NCBI GenBank assembly: GCA_964035545.1
Contig: OZ037767.1
Span: forward strand, 17,791,781 to 17,855,780
Reading direction: 5' to 3'
DNA from: Bugula neritina
Lineage: Eukaryota > Animalia > Bryozoa
DNA: 64,000 nucleotides
The notes beneath the pieces are model-generated. The model did not search any database, was not told the origin of the DNA, and worked only from the letters and a program-made list of their open reading frames with translations. Position numbers and translations under genes: made by a program. This document shows, piece after piece, positions 46,201 to 60,291 of this stretch. The first letter of the stretch is position 1; each line of letters opens with the position of its first letter.

Positions 46201-48139
46201 CTACAAAGATACCGGATAGCTGAGTTCACATATGTTCCGGGCAAGTATTTATATATTGCTGACACACTATCCCGAGCCTACCTTCAGCGCGTTACAAATG
46301 ATCAGTGTGATCTCGAAGGTGAAGTTGTGATGGTTCATGCCTTAGAAACCGATGATAGCACCATGAATGAGATGAGACAGTCATATGCTGAAGACCCGAC
46401 AATGGACAGTCTGAAAAAAGCACTGCAAGATGGTTGGTCATGGAGTAGACGGAGTCAGGCCCCCACAGAAATCCAACCCTACTGGAATGTTAGATCTGAC
46501 ATCTATGATGTGGATGGATTTCTTTACGTTGAAGAGCGGCTTATAGTTCCGAAGTCACAGAGGAAGCACATTCTAAAGTCGCTACACATGGGCCACCTGG
46601 GCGTTGAGAAATGCAGAGAGCTTGCGAGGAAATCATTCTATTGGCCTGGGCTATCTGCTGATATACGAAATGAAGTGTCAAGTTGCCTCACCTGCGCTAA
46701 GTTTTCCAACCGTCAACAGAAAGAGCCGTTAATGTCTCATGAGCTGCCAAGTCTACCATGGAATAAAGTGGCTATGGATATACTGTCCTATAAGAATAAT
46801 GATTACTTGGTAGTTGTGGACTGTTACTCTCACTTCCCCGAGCTGAGATTACTCAGGAGAAAGACTGCTGAAGACGTGGTTTTGGCATTGAAATCCATAT
46901 TTGCTGTACACGGGGTGCCAGTGTCCATTCTGGCGGACAACATGCCTTTCAGCAGTAGAATCATGCAGACTTTTGCATCAAGCTGGTGCTTCACCATTGT
47001 AACATCTAGTCCGCACTACCCTAAGTCCAATGGAATGGCTGAGCGTTATGTGCAAACGATGAAAGCCTTTCTAAAAAAATGTGAGGATGAAAGAGAGGAT
47101 ATATACAGGTCACTACTCAGGTACAGGCAATCTCCTATCACTGGCTGTGCTTTCAGTCCAGCTGAGCTTCTGTTCAACAGAGCCCTAAGAAGTGATTTGC
47201 CAATCACTGCCGAGTCGCTTAAACCAGTTGTTATTGAGGCTAGCCAACAACTAATAGCCAACCAAAACTTGCAGAAGAAGTACCATGACCGCCATGCACG
47301 GCCGTTGGCTGATCTGGAACCTGGGACTCCTGCACTAATCAGGTCAAGCACTGACAAAGAATGGTCGCCAGGAATGATTGTCGAACAGCATGACTCCCCC
47401 AGATCCTACTTGGTTGACAACGGTCAGTCTATAGTGCGTAGGAATCGTGTTCACCTCAAACCAGATAACACACAGACCCTTGGTGTCGCTGATGCTGCTG
47501 ATACTGATGTTGGAGATGCTCCTAATGAATCCCCCCACATGCCTGCCCCGCCTGCAACACCTCTCAGGAACGCGGCACCACCACCAGAGCGTCAACCCAG
47601 AAGCAACCGTGGAGTCCTCCCCGCTAAATACAAGGACTTCCACATGGGATAAGCTATTAGCCGTTTCCCACCCTGTACATAGTTATTTAGTTTCATTGTT
47701 AATCCCCAATCCATATATTAATCATGTATACTCGTATCATATTATTAATCTCAGCAACCTTAATCACAATGTTATAGAAGGAAGTCACCTGCTTAAGAAG
47801 GGAGATGTTATATTATTATGTGTCTTTTGTTTATCACTAATTACGGACTAGCGAGATGCTACGTTATAATGTCATGTGCATTTGTTTATTAAAATACATA
47901 TTGGGTCAAGGACGAACGAGAGACTACGAGATGAAAGATGTCAGCCTACAGTAGATAAACACGCCGATAGACTTTGTGATAAAATAATTATAAATCAGTA
48001 CTATACTTTTGGTCCTTGTATTTCCCCTGGCCGGCCAGACCCCACTTTAAGTTTATTGTTCTTTCGATACTTCAATGTCATGCCTACATACTTCGAGTAA
48101 CTCTCAAGTAATTATATACTCACTATACTTAATGTTTCA
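43296..48139 (+). mobile_element. full-length Ty3/Gypsy LTR retrotransposon (Mag-clade-like)
   Basis: 334-bp LTRs 43296-43629 and 47806-48139 (one mismatch seen), 5-bp TSD CCAAC, PBS TGGTGGCAGC, PPT AAGAAGGGAGA, single intact gag-pol. Confidence 0.97.
43738..47652 (+). CDS. gag-pol: Gag-Pol polyprotein (gag with two Zn knuckles, PR, RT, RNase H, IN)
   Basis: CKFCGYTH..CPAYGETCHNCGKKNHF, FKIDTGAE, RLPFGL..YFDDII, VDASKSGLGAVL..TDHKPL, HMGHLG..CLTC, D..D..E (AMDIL, ADN, NGMAER). Confidence 0.97.
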   Translation: MEGLKAPGELSFEGNVSDNWRKWRRALENYLLASDLVLKPQESGQEPPPENAGINRRQVAILLNQAGEEATEIYGQFDFPAGKSKDVMADVLEQFEAYCNPRRNVLYEWFVFWSLSQSDGEPIDTFVKRLKTQATKCDFGELRDRMLLCRIVFGLTDGKLKERLLRDKNVKLESALDDIRAAEITKQQMSRMAAGDTTMKTVNEINDAAVSTVQSQPGATQNKTRSNTRKDNIDCKFCGYTHAKGRCPAYGETCHNCGKKNHFEKVCKGKALAAKQMNSLFIGAVGALSNESKLKSWILPMKVSDKGKANDIQFKIDTGAETNCINLRTVQSLGATLKPTSVCLYGYNKAKIKNVGAVQLTVNHKEHSQSVHFEVVDEDLPPILGLEAAESFGLIRRVNQLSTSILQEFPEVFEGVGRLDGEHEICVDENVKPVVHHPRRVPLSMLDKVKKELDDMEASGIISKVDVPTNWVSSMVCVEKKDGSVRICLDPKDLNRAVRREHHKIPTLEDIAFRFNGMQYYTIMDMKHGYWHVALTKESRLLTTFNTPYGRYCFDRLPFGLHSSAEVFEKKVEQIFGDLPGVSVYFDDIIVAGKTQQEHDANLRKLLVKAKEANVKFNRKKIQLNQTEVRYLGHIVSKDGLRPDPDKIAAIEAMPDPTDREGVQRLIGTLNFLRAYIPNMSACTEPLRVLLKSDSQWVWSKEQMESFQVIKRLLTSEPVLQYFDVTKDAHLQVDASKSGLGAVLLQEGKPVAYASRSLTETECNYPQIDKELLAVVFGCERFHSYLYGRAVHIQTDHKPLVPIMNKSLHKASPRLQRLLLRLQRYRIAEFTYVPGKYLYIADTLSRAYLQRVTNDQCDLEGEVVMVHALETDDSTMNEMRQSYAEDPTMDSLKKALQDGWSWSRRSQAPTEIQPYWNVRSDIYDVDGFLYVEERLIVPKSQRKHILKSLHMGHLGVEKCRELARKSFYWPGLSADIRNEVSSCLTCAKFSNRQQKEPLMSHELPSLPWNKVAMDILSYKNNDYLVVVDCYSHFPELRLLRRKTAEDVVLALKSIFAVHGVPVSILADNMPFSSRIMQTFASSWCFTIVTSSPHYPKSNGMAERYVQTMKAFLKKCEDEREDIYRSLLRYRQSPITGCAFSPAELLFNRALRSDLPITAESLKPVVIEASQQLIANQNLQKKYHDRHARPLADLEPGTPALIRSSTDKEWSPGMIVEQHDSPRSYLVDNGQSIVRRNRVHLKPDNTQTLGVADAADTDVGDAPNESPHMPAPPATPLRNAAPPPERQPRSNRGVLPAKYKDFHMG

Positions 48140-50557
48140 CCAACTTTCTCTCAATTTTAATAAAGTGAGTATTCATGCATTCTGCTATTTCAAATAGGCC
48201 TGTAGTTTGTCTATCAGCTAAATCAATTCTTTTGGGACCTGCCAAATTAGAAAACTCTTGTTTAACAACTTTGTTTAAATATTTCCATTTGTCATTTACA
48301 TTGTTCTTGCACTTTTCATATTCATTTTTATAAAACATAAATTCTAAATTTTTGTTTTTTTTATCCGTAATAACAAAGTATTTTGTGGGTTGTGCTTGTT
48401 TTGTTTGTGTAGCTTGCTTCGTTTAGATATTAATTTTAAAAGCTGGCTGTTCATCCAAGGCCTATGAAATCGTTTTGTTGATTCATCAGAAAGTTTGGCT
48501 ACGCTATCAATGAAATAATGGAAGCTTTCATTCACATCACAACATCCATATATTTTATTCCAAACAGAGCTCTCCAGCTTTTTTTAACATTCATAATATA
48601 TATCTTGGAGATATTCTGTTAGTTATAAATGCCAGTGTTAATTATATCACCTGAATGATTCTTTGGCATTATATTCAGTTGTAGCAGTTATAGCTGTTTA
48701 TTTCTCTCAAGTATTGATGCTGACAAATGATGTATCTATAAAAACTTAAACATTATTATAATGATGTAAAGGCACCTGCCAGCATTAGCTAGCTTGGCTT
48801 TGTATGAAGAGTGGAAACTCTTTTTATGAATGCAATAACTTATACAACTACATCCTTATTTGTTTTGATTGCACATATGCAACTCAGATAGTACTGGCTT
48901 CTTTCTGTCTGAGAATAGTGTTGACTGGTTCTACTATGATATAATTCTTTTAGGTGAATGGTTAGCTATTAGTTGGAGTTGTTTGATCTTTACTTGAGCT
49001 GAGTTAATTTCAGAGTTGTGGTGGGCTACATTTTACCCTATTTGAAGTGTGAAGTTAGCTGGTTATTTATTTTTAGCTTGTTTCATTGTCTATTCTTCCA
49101 GAGAGTCATTAGATGGCTTGCTGCTTTATCTTCTCAGTATCATTGGCCAGCGACTAGCTATCTGCCACAGCATCATCATTCTTACAGCTTTGCCACCTTT
49201 CATTGGTTACATTTTATCCAAGATATAAAAATAATGGATGATTCAAAGCTCCAATTTTAGTACGGTTGAACTGGTTGAGAGGCTCATATGAAACAGAACA
49301 TTTATCTATGCACTTTTTATACCTCAGCACACACAGCTTGGTATAAAAAGACATTTCAATAGTGGCCTTTAGAAAGTAGAGTAAGTCTACTTTTTCAAAC
49401 AAATAGATTGAGTTGGTTTGTCTAATGACCAATTAACTGCTATGAATATATACATGGATTCATTATTTGCATAGAAATGAACTGATAAATTCTAAGAATG
49501 ATAACAGTGGTTTCAAATTAAGCTTTGTATGCAGCTGGCCTATTACATTTTACAGTGGAAGAATTATTATATGTATTGCGCATGCTTGACACATCGCACG
49601 TGATGAGTTACTGACACTGGGTGCAGACGCGTAGTGGCTATTCTGATGGCTTGAAGTGTAGCTAAAGCTGTTACAGAGTAAAGGACTGTGACTAGCCACA
49701 GAAAGGCTAATCGTGTCAAGTTATTTTTGTTTATTTGAAGGTAAATGATAATTTATTACAGCTGTGACAATTCTCTTTCATTATTTTAGAACTGTGGTAA
49801 ACTATTCACAAGGTACCTATACTGAGACTGAGTGTACACTCTACAGTGAGAGTGAGGGTGACTACACTAACAGTAACACAGTACACTGTATGAGTGTACA
49901 GTACTGGTACAGATTTTGAGTGAGTGATTGACTGAGATTTCGGTTTCCGTCACAATGACTAATGAGTATGTCAAACTCAATGTAAATATCAAATAATCAA
50001 ACTAACAGAATAAAATTAATTTATTTAGCAAATAATTTAAATTATAATAGAGTATGAGTATAGATTAAGCCATAGTAATTTGAAAATCAGTTATCACAAT
50101 ATAAGTTATTGAATATCAATATGTTCACTGCAGCCACTCCAAATTAGAAATTGAAGACTCAAAAATTAAATCCTCATTGAGTGTATTGCCATTATAATTT
50201 GTTCATTTCTTGCAAGTGTAATTCTGCTGTGGGAAAAGAGATGACTGCAATAACTATAAGTATAAGCATACTCAGAACTATTGTTTATTTTTATAAGTCA
50301 TTAAATTTAATACCTATGTGATTATATATAATGCACTTGTATAACTTATGGAATCTAAAATATGATAATGTACAAGTTTAGCTTGGTTAAATTTACAGTT
50401 GGCACCGCTCTGGTCAACATAGGGTTACGTTACATTGCCAACTTCAGCTGGTACTAATAGGTTCAATTAATTATTTTTTGTCCAAGTTATGTCATGCTTA
50501 CTTTCATTGTGATTATTATTTTGAGTTTCAGAGGATATAATTTAGTTTTAGTTTATT

Positions 50558-53500
50558 TGACTAGTAACATTTACAGTAATACAGTAGAACTATCTTATAG
50601 CAGTGCTGACTATAGTAACATTTACAGTAATACAGTAGAACTATCTTATAGCAGTGCTGACTATAGTAACATTTACAGTAATACAGTAGAACTATCTTAT
50701 AGCAGTGCTGACTAATAACATTTACAGTAATACAGTAGAACTATCTTATAGCAGTGCTGACTAGTAACATTTACAGTAATACAGTAGAACTATCTTATAG
50801 CAGTGCTGACTAGTAACATATACAGTAATACAGTAGAACTATCTTATAGCAGTGCTGACTAGTAACATTTACAGTAATACAGTAGAACTATCTTATAGCA
50901 GTGCTGACTAGTAACATTTACAGTAATACAGTAGAACTATCTTATAGCAGTGCTGACTAATAACATTTACAGTAATACAGTAGAACTATCTTATAGCAGT
51001 GCTGACTAGTAACATTTACAGTAATACAGTAGAACTATCTTATAGCAGTGCTGACTAGTAACATTTACAGTAATACAGTAGAACTATCTTATAGCAGTGC
51101 TGACTAGTAACATTTACAGTGATACAGTAGAACTATCTTATAGCAGTGCTGACTAGTAACATTTACAGTAATACAGTAGAACTATCTTATAGCAGTGCTG
51201 ACTAGTAACATTTACAGTGATACAGTAGAACTATCTTATAGCAGTGCTCACTAATAACATTTACAGTAATACAGTAGAACTATCTTATAGCAGTGCTGAC
51301 TAGTAACATTTACAGTAATACAGTAGAACTATCTTATAGCAGTGCTGACTAGTAACATTTACAGTAATACAGTAGAACTATCTTATAGCAGTGCTGACTA
51401 GTAACATTTACAGTAATACAGTAGAACTATCTTATAGCAGTGCTGACTAGTAACATTTACAGTAATACAGTAGAACTATCTTATAGCAGTGCTGACTAGT
51501 AACATTTACAGTGATACAGTAGAACTATCTTATAGCAGTGCTCACTAATAACATTTACAGTAATACAGTAGAACTATCTTATAGCAGTGCTGACTAGTAA
51601 CATTTACAGTAATACAGTAGAACTATCTTATAGCAGTGCTGACTAATAACATTTACAGTAATACAGTAGAACTATCTTATAGCAGTGCTGACTAGTAACA
51701 TATACAGTAATACAGTAGAACTATCTTATAGCAGTGTTGACTAGTAACATTTACAGTAATACAGTAGAACTATCTTATAGCAGTGCTGACTAATAACATT
51801 TACAGTAATACAGTAGAACTATCTTATAGCAGTGCTGACTAGTAACATATACAGTAATACAGTAGAACTATCTTATAGCAGTGTTGACTAGTAACATTTA
51901 CAGTAATACAGTAGAACTATCTTATAGCAGTGTTGACTAGTAACATTTATAGTAATACAGTAGAACTATCTTATAGCAGTGCTGACTATAGTAACATTTA
52001 CAGTAATACAGTAGAACTATCTTATAGCAGTGCTGACTAGTAACATTTACAGTAATACAGTAGAACTATCTTATAGCAGTGTTGACTAATAACATTTACA
52101 GTAATACAGTAGAACTATCTTATAGCAGTGCTGACTAGTAACATTTACAGTAATACAGTAGAACTATCTTATAGCAGTGCTGACTAGTAACATTTACAGT
52201 AATACAGTAGAACTATCTTATAGCAGTGCTGACTATAGTAACATTTACAGTAATACAGTAGAACTATCTTATAGCAGTGCTGACTATAGTAACATTTACA
52301 GTAATACAGTAGAACTATCTTATAGCAGTGCTGACTAGTAACATTTACAGTAATACAGTAGAACTATCTTATAGCAGTGCTGACTAGTAACATTTACAGT
52401 AATACAGTAGAACTATCTTATAGCAGTGCTGACTAGTAACATTTACAGTAATACAGTAGAACTATCTTATAGCAGTGCTGACTAGTAACATTTACAGTAA
52501 TACAGTAGAACTATCTTATAGCAGTGCTGACTATAGTAACATTTACAGTAATACAGTAGAACTATCTTATAGCAGTGCTGACTAGTAACATTTATAGTAA
52601 TACAGTAGAACTATCTTATAGCAGTGCTGACTAGTAACATTTACAGTAATACAGTAGAACTATCTTATAGCAGTGCTGACTATAGTAACATTTACAGTAA
52701 TACAGTAGAACTATCTTATAGCAGTGCTGACTATAATAACATTTACAGTAATACAGTAGAACTATCTTATAGCAGTGCTGACTAGTAACATTTACAGTAA
52801 TACAGTAGAACTATCTTATAGCAGTGCTGACTATAGTAACATTTACAGTAATACAGTAGAACTATCTTATAGCAGTGCTGACTATAGTAATATTTACAGT
52901 AATACAGTAGAACTATCTTATAGCAGTGCTGACTAGTAACATTTATAGTAATACAGTAGAACTATCTTATAGCAGTGCTGACTAGTAACATTTACAGTAA
53001 TACAGTAGAACTATCTTATAGCAGTGCTGACTAATAACATTTACAGTGATACAGTAGAACTATCTTATAGCAGTGCTGACTAGTAACATTTACAGTAATA
53101 CAGTAGAACTATCTTATAGCAGTGCTGACTAATAACATTTACAGTAATACAGTAGAACTATCTTATAGCAGTGCTGACTAGTAACATATACAGTAATACA
53201 GTAGAACTATCTTATAGCAGTGCTGACTATAGTAACATTTACAGTAATACAGTAGAACTATCTTATAGCAGTGCTGACTAGTAACATTTACAGTAATACA
53301 GTAGAACTATCTTATAGCAGTGCTGACTAATAACATTTACAGTAATACAGTAGAACTATCTTATAGCAGTGCTGACTATAGTAACATTTACAGTGATACA
53401 GTAGAACTATCTTATAGCAGTGCTGACTAGTAACATTTACAGTAATACAGTAGAACTATCTTATAGCAGTGCTGACTAGTAACATTTACAGTAATACAGT

Positions 53501-56500
53501 AGAACTATCTTATAGCAGTGCTGACTATAGTAACATTTACAGTAATACAGTAGAACTATCTTATAGCAGTGCTGACTAATAACATTTATAGTAATACAGT
53601 AGAACTATCTTATAGCAGTGCTGACTAGTAACATTTACAGTAATATAGTAGAACTATCTTATAGCAGTGCTGACTAGTAACATTTACAGTAATACAGTAG
53701 AACTATCTTATAGCAGTGTTGACTAGTAACATTTACAGTAATACAGTAGAACTATCTTATAGCAGTGCTGACTAGTAACATTTACAGTAATACAGTAGAA
53801 CTATCTTATAGCAGTGCTGACTAGTAACATTTACAGTAATACAGTAGAACTATCTTATAGCAGTGCTGACTAGTAACATTTACAGTAATATAGTAGAACT
53901 ATCTTATAGCAGTGCTGACTAGTAACATTTACAGTAATACAGTAGAACTATCTTATAGCAGTGCTGACTAGTAACATTTACAGTAATACAGTAGAACTAT
54001 CTTATAGCAGTGCTGACTAATAACATTTACAGTAATACAGTAGAACTATCTTATAGCAGTGCTGACCATAGTAACATATACAGTAATACAGTAGAACTAT
54101 CTTATAGCAGTGCTGACTATAGTAACATTTACAGTAATACAGTAGAACTATCTTATAGCAGTGCTGACTAATAACATTTACAGTAATACAGTAGAACTAT
54201 CTTATAGCAGTGCTGACTAGTAACATATACAGTGATACAGTAGAACTATCTTATAGCAGTGCTGACTAATAACATTTACAGTAATACAGTAGAACTATCT
54301 TATAGCAGTGCTGACTATAGTAACATTGACAGTAATACAGTAGAACTATCTTATAGCAGTGCTGACTAATAACATTTACAGTAATACAGTAGAACTATCT
54401 TATAGCAGTGCTGACTAGTAACATTTACAGTAATACAGTAGAACTATCTTATAGCAGTGCTGACTAGTAACATTTACAGTAATACAGTAGAACTATCTTA
54501 TAGCAGTGCTGACTAATAACATTTATAGTAATACAGTAGAACTATCTTATAGCAGTGCTGACTAGTAACATTTACAGTAATACAGTAGAACTATCTTATA
54601 GCAGTGCTGACTAATAACATTTACAGTAATACAGTAGAACTATCTTATAGCAGTGCTGACTATAGTAATATTTACAGTAATACAGTAGAACTATCTTATA
54701 GCAGTGCTGACTAGTAACATTTACAGTAATACAGTAGAACTATCTTATAGCAGTGCTGACTAGTAACATTTACAGTAATACAGTAGAACTATCTTATAGC
54801 AGTGCTGACTAATAACATTTATAGTAATACAGTAGAACTATCTTATAGCAGTGCTGACTAGTAACATTTACAGTAATACAGTAGAACTATCTTATAGCAG
54901 TGCTGACTAGTAACATTTACAGTAATACAGTAGAACTATCTTATAGCAGTGCTGACTAGTAACATTGACAGTAATACAGTAGAACTATCTTATAGCAGTG
55001 CTGACTAATAACATTTACAGTAATACAGTAGAACTATCTTATAGCAGTGCTGACTAATAACATTTACAGTAATACAGTAGAACTATCTTATAGCAGTGCT
55101 GACTAGTAACATTTATAGTAATACAGTAGAACTATCTTATAGCAGTGCTGACTATAGTAACATTTACAGTAATACAGTAGAACTATCTTATAGCAGTGCT
55201 GACTATAGTAACATTTACAGTAATACAGTAGAACTATCTTATAGCAGTGCTGACTAGTAACATTTACAGTAATACAGTAGAACTATCTTATAGCAGTGCT
55301 GACTAGTAACATTTACAGTAATACAGTAGAACTATCTTATAGCAGTGCTGACTAGTAACATTTACAGTAATACAGTAGAACTATCTTATAGCAGTGCTGA
55401 CTAGTAACATTTACAGTGATACAGTAGAACTATCTTATAGCAGTGCTGACTAATAACATTTACAGTAATACAGTAGGACTATCTTATAGCAGTGCTGACT
55501 AGTAACATTTATAGTAATACAGTAGAACTATCTTATAGCAGTGCTGACTAGTAACATTTACAGTAATACAGTAGAACTATCTTATAGCAGTGCTGACTAA
55601 TAACATTTACAGTAATACAGTAGAACTATCTTATAGCAGTGCTGACTAGTAACATTTACAGTAATACAGTAGAACTATCTTATAGCAGTGCTGACTATAG
55701 TAACATTTACAGTAATACAGTAGAACTATCTTATAGCAGTGCTGACTAGTAACATTTACAGTAATACAGTAGAACTATCTTATAGCAGTGCTGACTAGTA
55801 ACATTGACAGTAATACAGTAGAACTATCTTATAGCAGTGCTGACTAATAACATTTACAGTAATACAGTAGAACTATCTTATAGCAGTGCTGACTAATAAC
55901 ATTTACAGTAATACAGTAGAACTATCTTATAGCAGTGCTGACTAGTAACATTTATAGTAATACAGTAGAACTATCTTATAGCAGTGCTGACTATAGTAAC
56001 ATTTACAGTAATACAGTAGAACTATCTTATAGCAGTGCTGACTATAGTAACATTTACAGTAATACAGTAGAACTATCTTATAGCAGTGCTGACTAGTAAC
56101 ATTTACAGTAATACAGTAGAACTATCTTATAGCAGTGCTGACTAATAACATTTACAGTAATACAGTAGAACTATCTTATAGCAGTGCTGACTATAGTAAT
56201 ATTTACAGTAATACAGTAGAACTATCTTATAGCAGTGCTGACTAGTAACATTTATAGTAATACAGTAGAACTATCTTATAGCAGTGCTGACTAGTAACAT
56301 TTACAGTAATACAGTAGAACTATCTTATAGCAGTGCTGACTAATAACATTTACAGTAATACAGTAGAACTATCTTATAGCAGTGCTGACTATAGTAACAT
56401 TTACAGTAATACAGTAGAACTATCTTATAGCAGTGCTGACTAGTAACATTTATAGTAATACAGTAGAACTATCTTATAGCAGTGCTGACTATAGTAACAT

Positions 56501-59500
56501 TTACAGTAATACAGTAGAACTATCTTATAGCAGTGCTGACTATAGTAACATTTACAGTAATACAGTAGAACTATCTTATAGCAGTGCTGACTAGTAACAT
56601 TTACAGTAATACAGTAGAACTATCTTATAGCAGTGCTGACTAATAACATTTACAGTAATACAGTAGAACTATCTTATAGCAGTGCTGACTATAGTAATAT
56701 TTACAGTAATACAGTAGAACTATCTTATAGCAGTGCTGACTAATAACATTTATAGTAATACAGTAGAACTATCTTATAGCAGTGCTGACTAGTAACATTT
56801 ACAGTAATACAGTAGAACTATCTTATAGCAGTGCTGACTAATAACATTTACAGTAATACAGTAGAACTATCTTATAGCAGTGCTGACTATAGTAATATTT
56901 ACAGTAATACAGTAGAACTATCTTATAGCAGTGCTGACTAGTAACATTTACAGTAATACAGTAGAACTATCTTATAGCAGTGCTGACTAGTAACATTTAT
57001 AGTAATACAGTAGAACTATCTTATAGCAGTGCTGACTATAGTAACATTTACAGTAATACAGTAGAACTATCTTATAGCAGTGCTGACTATAGTAACATTT
57101 ACAGTAATACAGTAGAACTATCTTATAGCAGTGCTGACTAGTAACATTTACAGTAATACAGTAGAACTATCTTATAGCAGTGCTGACTAGTAACATTTAC
57201 AGTAATACAGTAGAACTATCTTATAGCAGTGCTGACTAATAACATTTACAGTAATACAGTAGAACTATCTTATAGCAGTGCTGACTAATAACATTTACAG
57301 TAATACAGTAGAACTATCTTATAGCAGTGCTGACTATAGTAACATTTACAGTAATACAGTAGAACTATCTTATAGCAGTGCTGACTAGTAACATTTATAG
57401 TAATACAGTAGAACTATCTTATAGCAGTGCTGACTATAGTAACATTTACAGTAATACAGTAGAACTATCTTATAGCAGTGCTGACTAGTAACATTTACAG
57501 TGATACAGTAGAACTATCTTATAGCAGTGCTGACTATAGTAACATTTACAGTAATACAGTAGAACTATCTTATAGCAGTGCTGACTAGTAACATTTACAG
57601 TAATACAGTAGAACTATCTTATAGCAGTGCTGACTAGTAACATTTACAGTAATACAGTAGAACTATCTTATAGCAGTGCTGACTAGTAACATTTACAGTG
57701 ATACAGTAGAACTATCTTATAGCAGTGCTGACTAGTAACATTTACAGTAATACAGTAGAACTATCTTATAGCAGTGCTGACTAGTAACATATACAGTAAT
57801 ACAGTAGAACTATCTTATAGCAGTGCTGACTAGTAACATTTACAGTAATACAGTAGAACTATCTTATAGCAGTGCTGACTAATAACATTTACAGTAATAC
57901 AGTAGAACTATCTTATAGCAGTGCTGACTAGTAACATTTATAGTAATACAGTAGAACTATCTTATAGCAGTGCTGACTAGTAACATTTACAGTAATACAG
58001 TAGAACTATCTTATAGCAGTGCTGACTAGTAACATTTACAGTAATACAGTAGAACTATCTTATAGCAGTGCTGACTAGTAACATTTACAGTGATACAGTA
58101 GAACTATCTTATAGCAGTGCTGACTAGTAACATTTACAGTAATACAGTAGAACTATCTTATAGCAGTGCTGACTAGTAACATTTACAGTAATACAGTAGA
58201 ACTATCTTATAGCAGTGCTGACTATAGTAACATATACAGTAATACAGTAGAACTATCTTATAGCAGTGCTGACTATAGTAACATTTACAGTAATACAGTA
58301 GAACTATCTTATAGCAGTGCTGACTAGTAACATTTACAGTAATACAGTAGAACTATCTTATAGCAGTGCTGACTATAGTAACATTTACAGTGATACAGTA
58401 GAACTATCTTATAGCAGTGCTGACTAATAACATTTACAGTAATACAGTAGAACTATCTTATAGCAGTGCTGACTAGTAACATTTACAGTAATACAGTAGA
58501 ACTATCTTATAGCAGTGCTGACTAGTAACATTTACAGTGATACAGTAGAACTATCTTATAGCAGTGCTGACTAATAACATTTACAGTAATACAGTAGAAC
58601 TATCTTATAGCAGTGCTGACTAGTAACATTTACAGTGATACAGTAGAACTATCTTATAGCAGTGCTGACTAATAACATTTACAGTAATACAGTAGAACTA
58701 TCTTATAGCAGTGCTGACTATAGTAACATTTACAGTAATACAGTAGAACTATCTTATAGCAGTGCTGACTAGTAACATTTACAGTAATACAGTAGAACTA
58801 TCTTATAGCAGTGCTGACTAGTAACATTTACAGTAATACAGTAGAACTATCTTATAGCAGTGCTGACTAGTAACATTTACAGTGATACAGTAGAACTATC
58901 TTATAGCAGTGCTGACTAATAACATTTACAGTAATACAGTAGAACTATCTTATAGCAGTGCTGACTATAGTAACATTTACAGTAATACAGTAGAACTATC
59001 TTATAGCAGTGCTGACTAGTAACATTTACAGTAATACAGTAGAACTATCTTATAGCAGTGCTGACTAGTAACATTTACAGTAATACAGTAGAACTATCTT
59101 ATAGCAGTGCTGACTAGTAACATTTACAGTAATACAGTAGAACTATCTTATAGCAGTGCTGACTAGTAACATTGACAGTAATACAGTAGAACTATCTTAT
59201 AGCAGTGCTGACTAGTAACATATACAGTAATACAGTAGAACTATCTTATAGCAGTGCTGACTAGTAACATTTACAGTAATACAGTAGAACTATCTTATAG
59301 CAGTGCTGACTAGTAACATTTACAGTAATACAGTAGAACTATCTTATAGCAGTGCTGACTAGTAACATTTACAGTAATACAGTAGAACTATCTTATAGCA
59401 GTGCTGACTATAGTAACATATACAGTAATACAGTAGAACTATCTTATAGCAGTGCTGACTATAGTAACATTTACAGTAATACAGTAGAACTATCTTATAG

Positions 59501-60096
59501 CAGTGCTGACTAGTAACATTTACAGTAATACAGTAGAACTATCTTATAGCAGTGCTGACTAGTAACATTTACAGTAATACAGTAGAACTATCTTATAGCA
59601 GTGCTGACTAGTAACATTTACAGTAATACAGTAGAACTATCTTATAGCAGTGCTGACTAGTAACATTTACAGTAATACAGTAGAACTATCTTATAGCAGT
59701 GCTGACTAGTAACATTTACAGTAATACAGTAGAACTATCTTATAGCAGTGCTGACTAGTAACATTTACAGTAATACAGTAGAACTATCTTATAGCAGTGC
59801 TGACTAGTAACATTTATAGTAATACAGTAGAACTATCTTATAGCAGTGCTGACTTAAAACATTTACAGTAATACAGTAGAACTATCTTATAGCAGTGCTG
59901 ACTAGTAACATATACAGTAATACAGTAGAACTATCTTATAGCAGTGCTGACTAATAACATTTACAGTAATACAGTAGAACTATCTTATAGCAGTGCTGAC
60001 TATAATAACATTTACAGTAATACAGTAGAACTATCTTATAGCAGTGCTGACTAGTAACATTTACAGTAATACAGTAGAACTATCTTATAGCAGTGC
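50558..60096. repeat. satellite array, 49-bp unit (51-bp variant), about 190 copies
   Basis: (tagtaacatttacagtaatacagtagaactatcttatagcagtgctgac)n. Confidence 0.98.
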
Positions 60097-60291
60097 ATAT
60101 TTATATTTGGCAACTGTTCCAATTTTCAACAAAAGAGGTGTCAACTTGTGCTAAATTTAACTTTCAAACTCATACATGCCAGGTGAAGTTTTAATTGAAG
60201 GTGATCGTGTCTTAAGAGAAAGAGTTGTGAGTATCCCTGAGTAATTCTCGCCTCTCACTTTATAAAGTTCTTTTAAGTATGATGAAAAATG

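Larger units (their letters stand above)
36400..48600 (-). pseudogene. decayed non-LTR (LINE) retrotransposon ORF2, interrupted by two LTR elements (pieces about 36400-36664, 41936-43295, 48140-48600)
   Basis: Frameshifted RT motifs on the minus strand: YRPISILPVLSKVIEK, NQYGF, KAFDTVDHLILIEKL, LFAGDT, IYGLEFWG, QKKAFRII; the sequence rejoins across both TSDs. Confidence 0.8.

Noticed and set aside
48967-49066. About 100-bp similarity to 63409-63508
   Set aside because: Probably remnants of an old dispersed repeat; no recognisable coding or terminal structure
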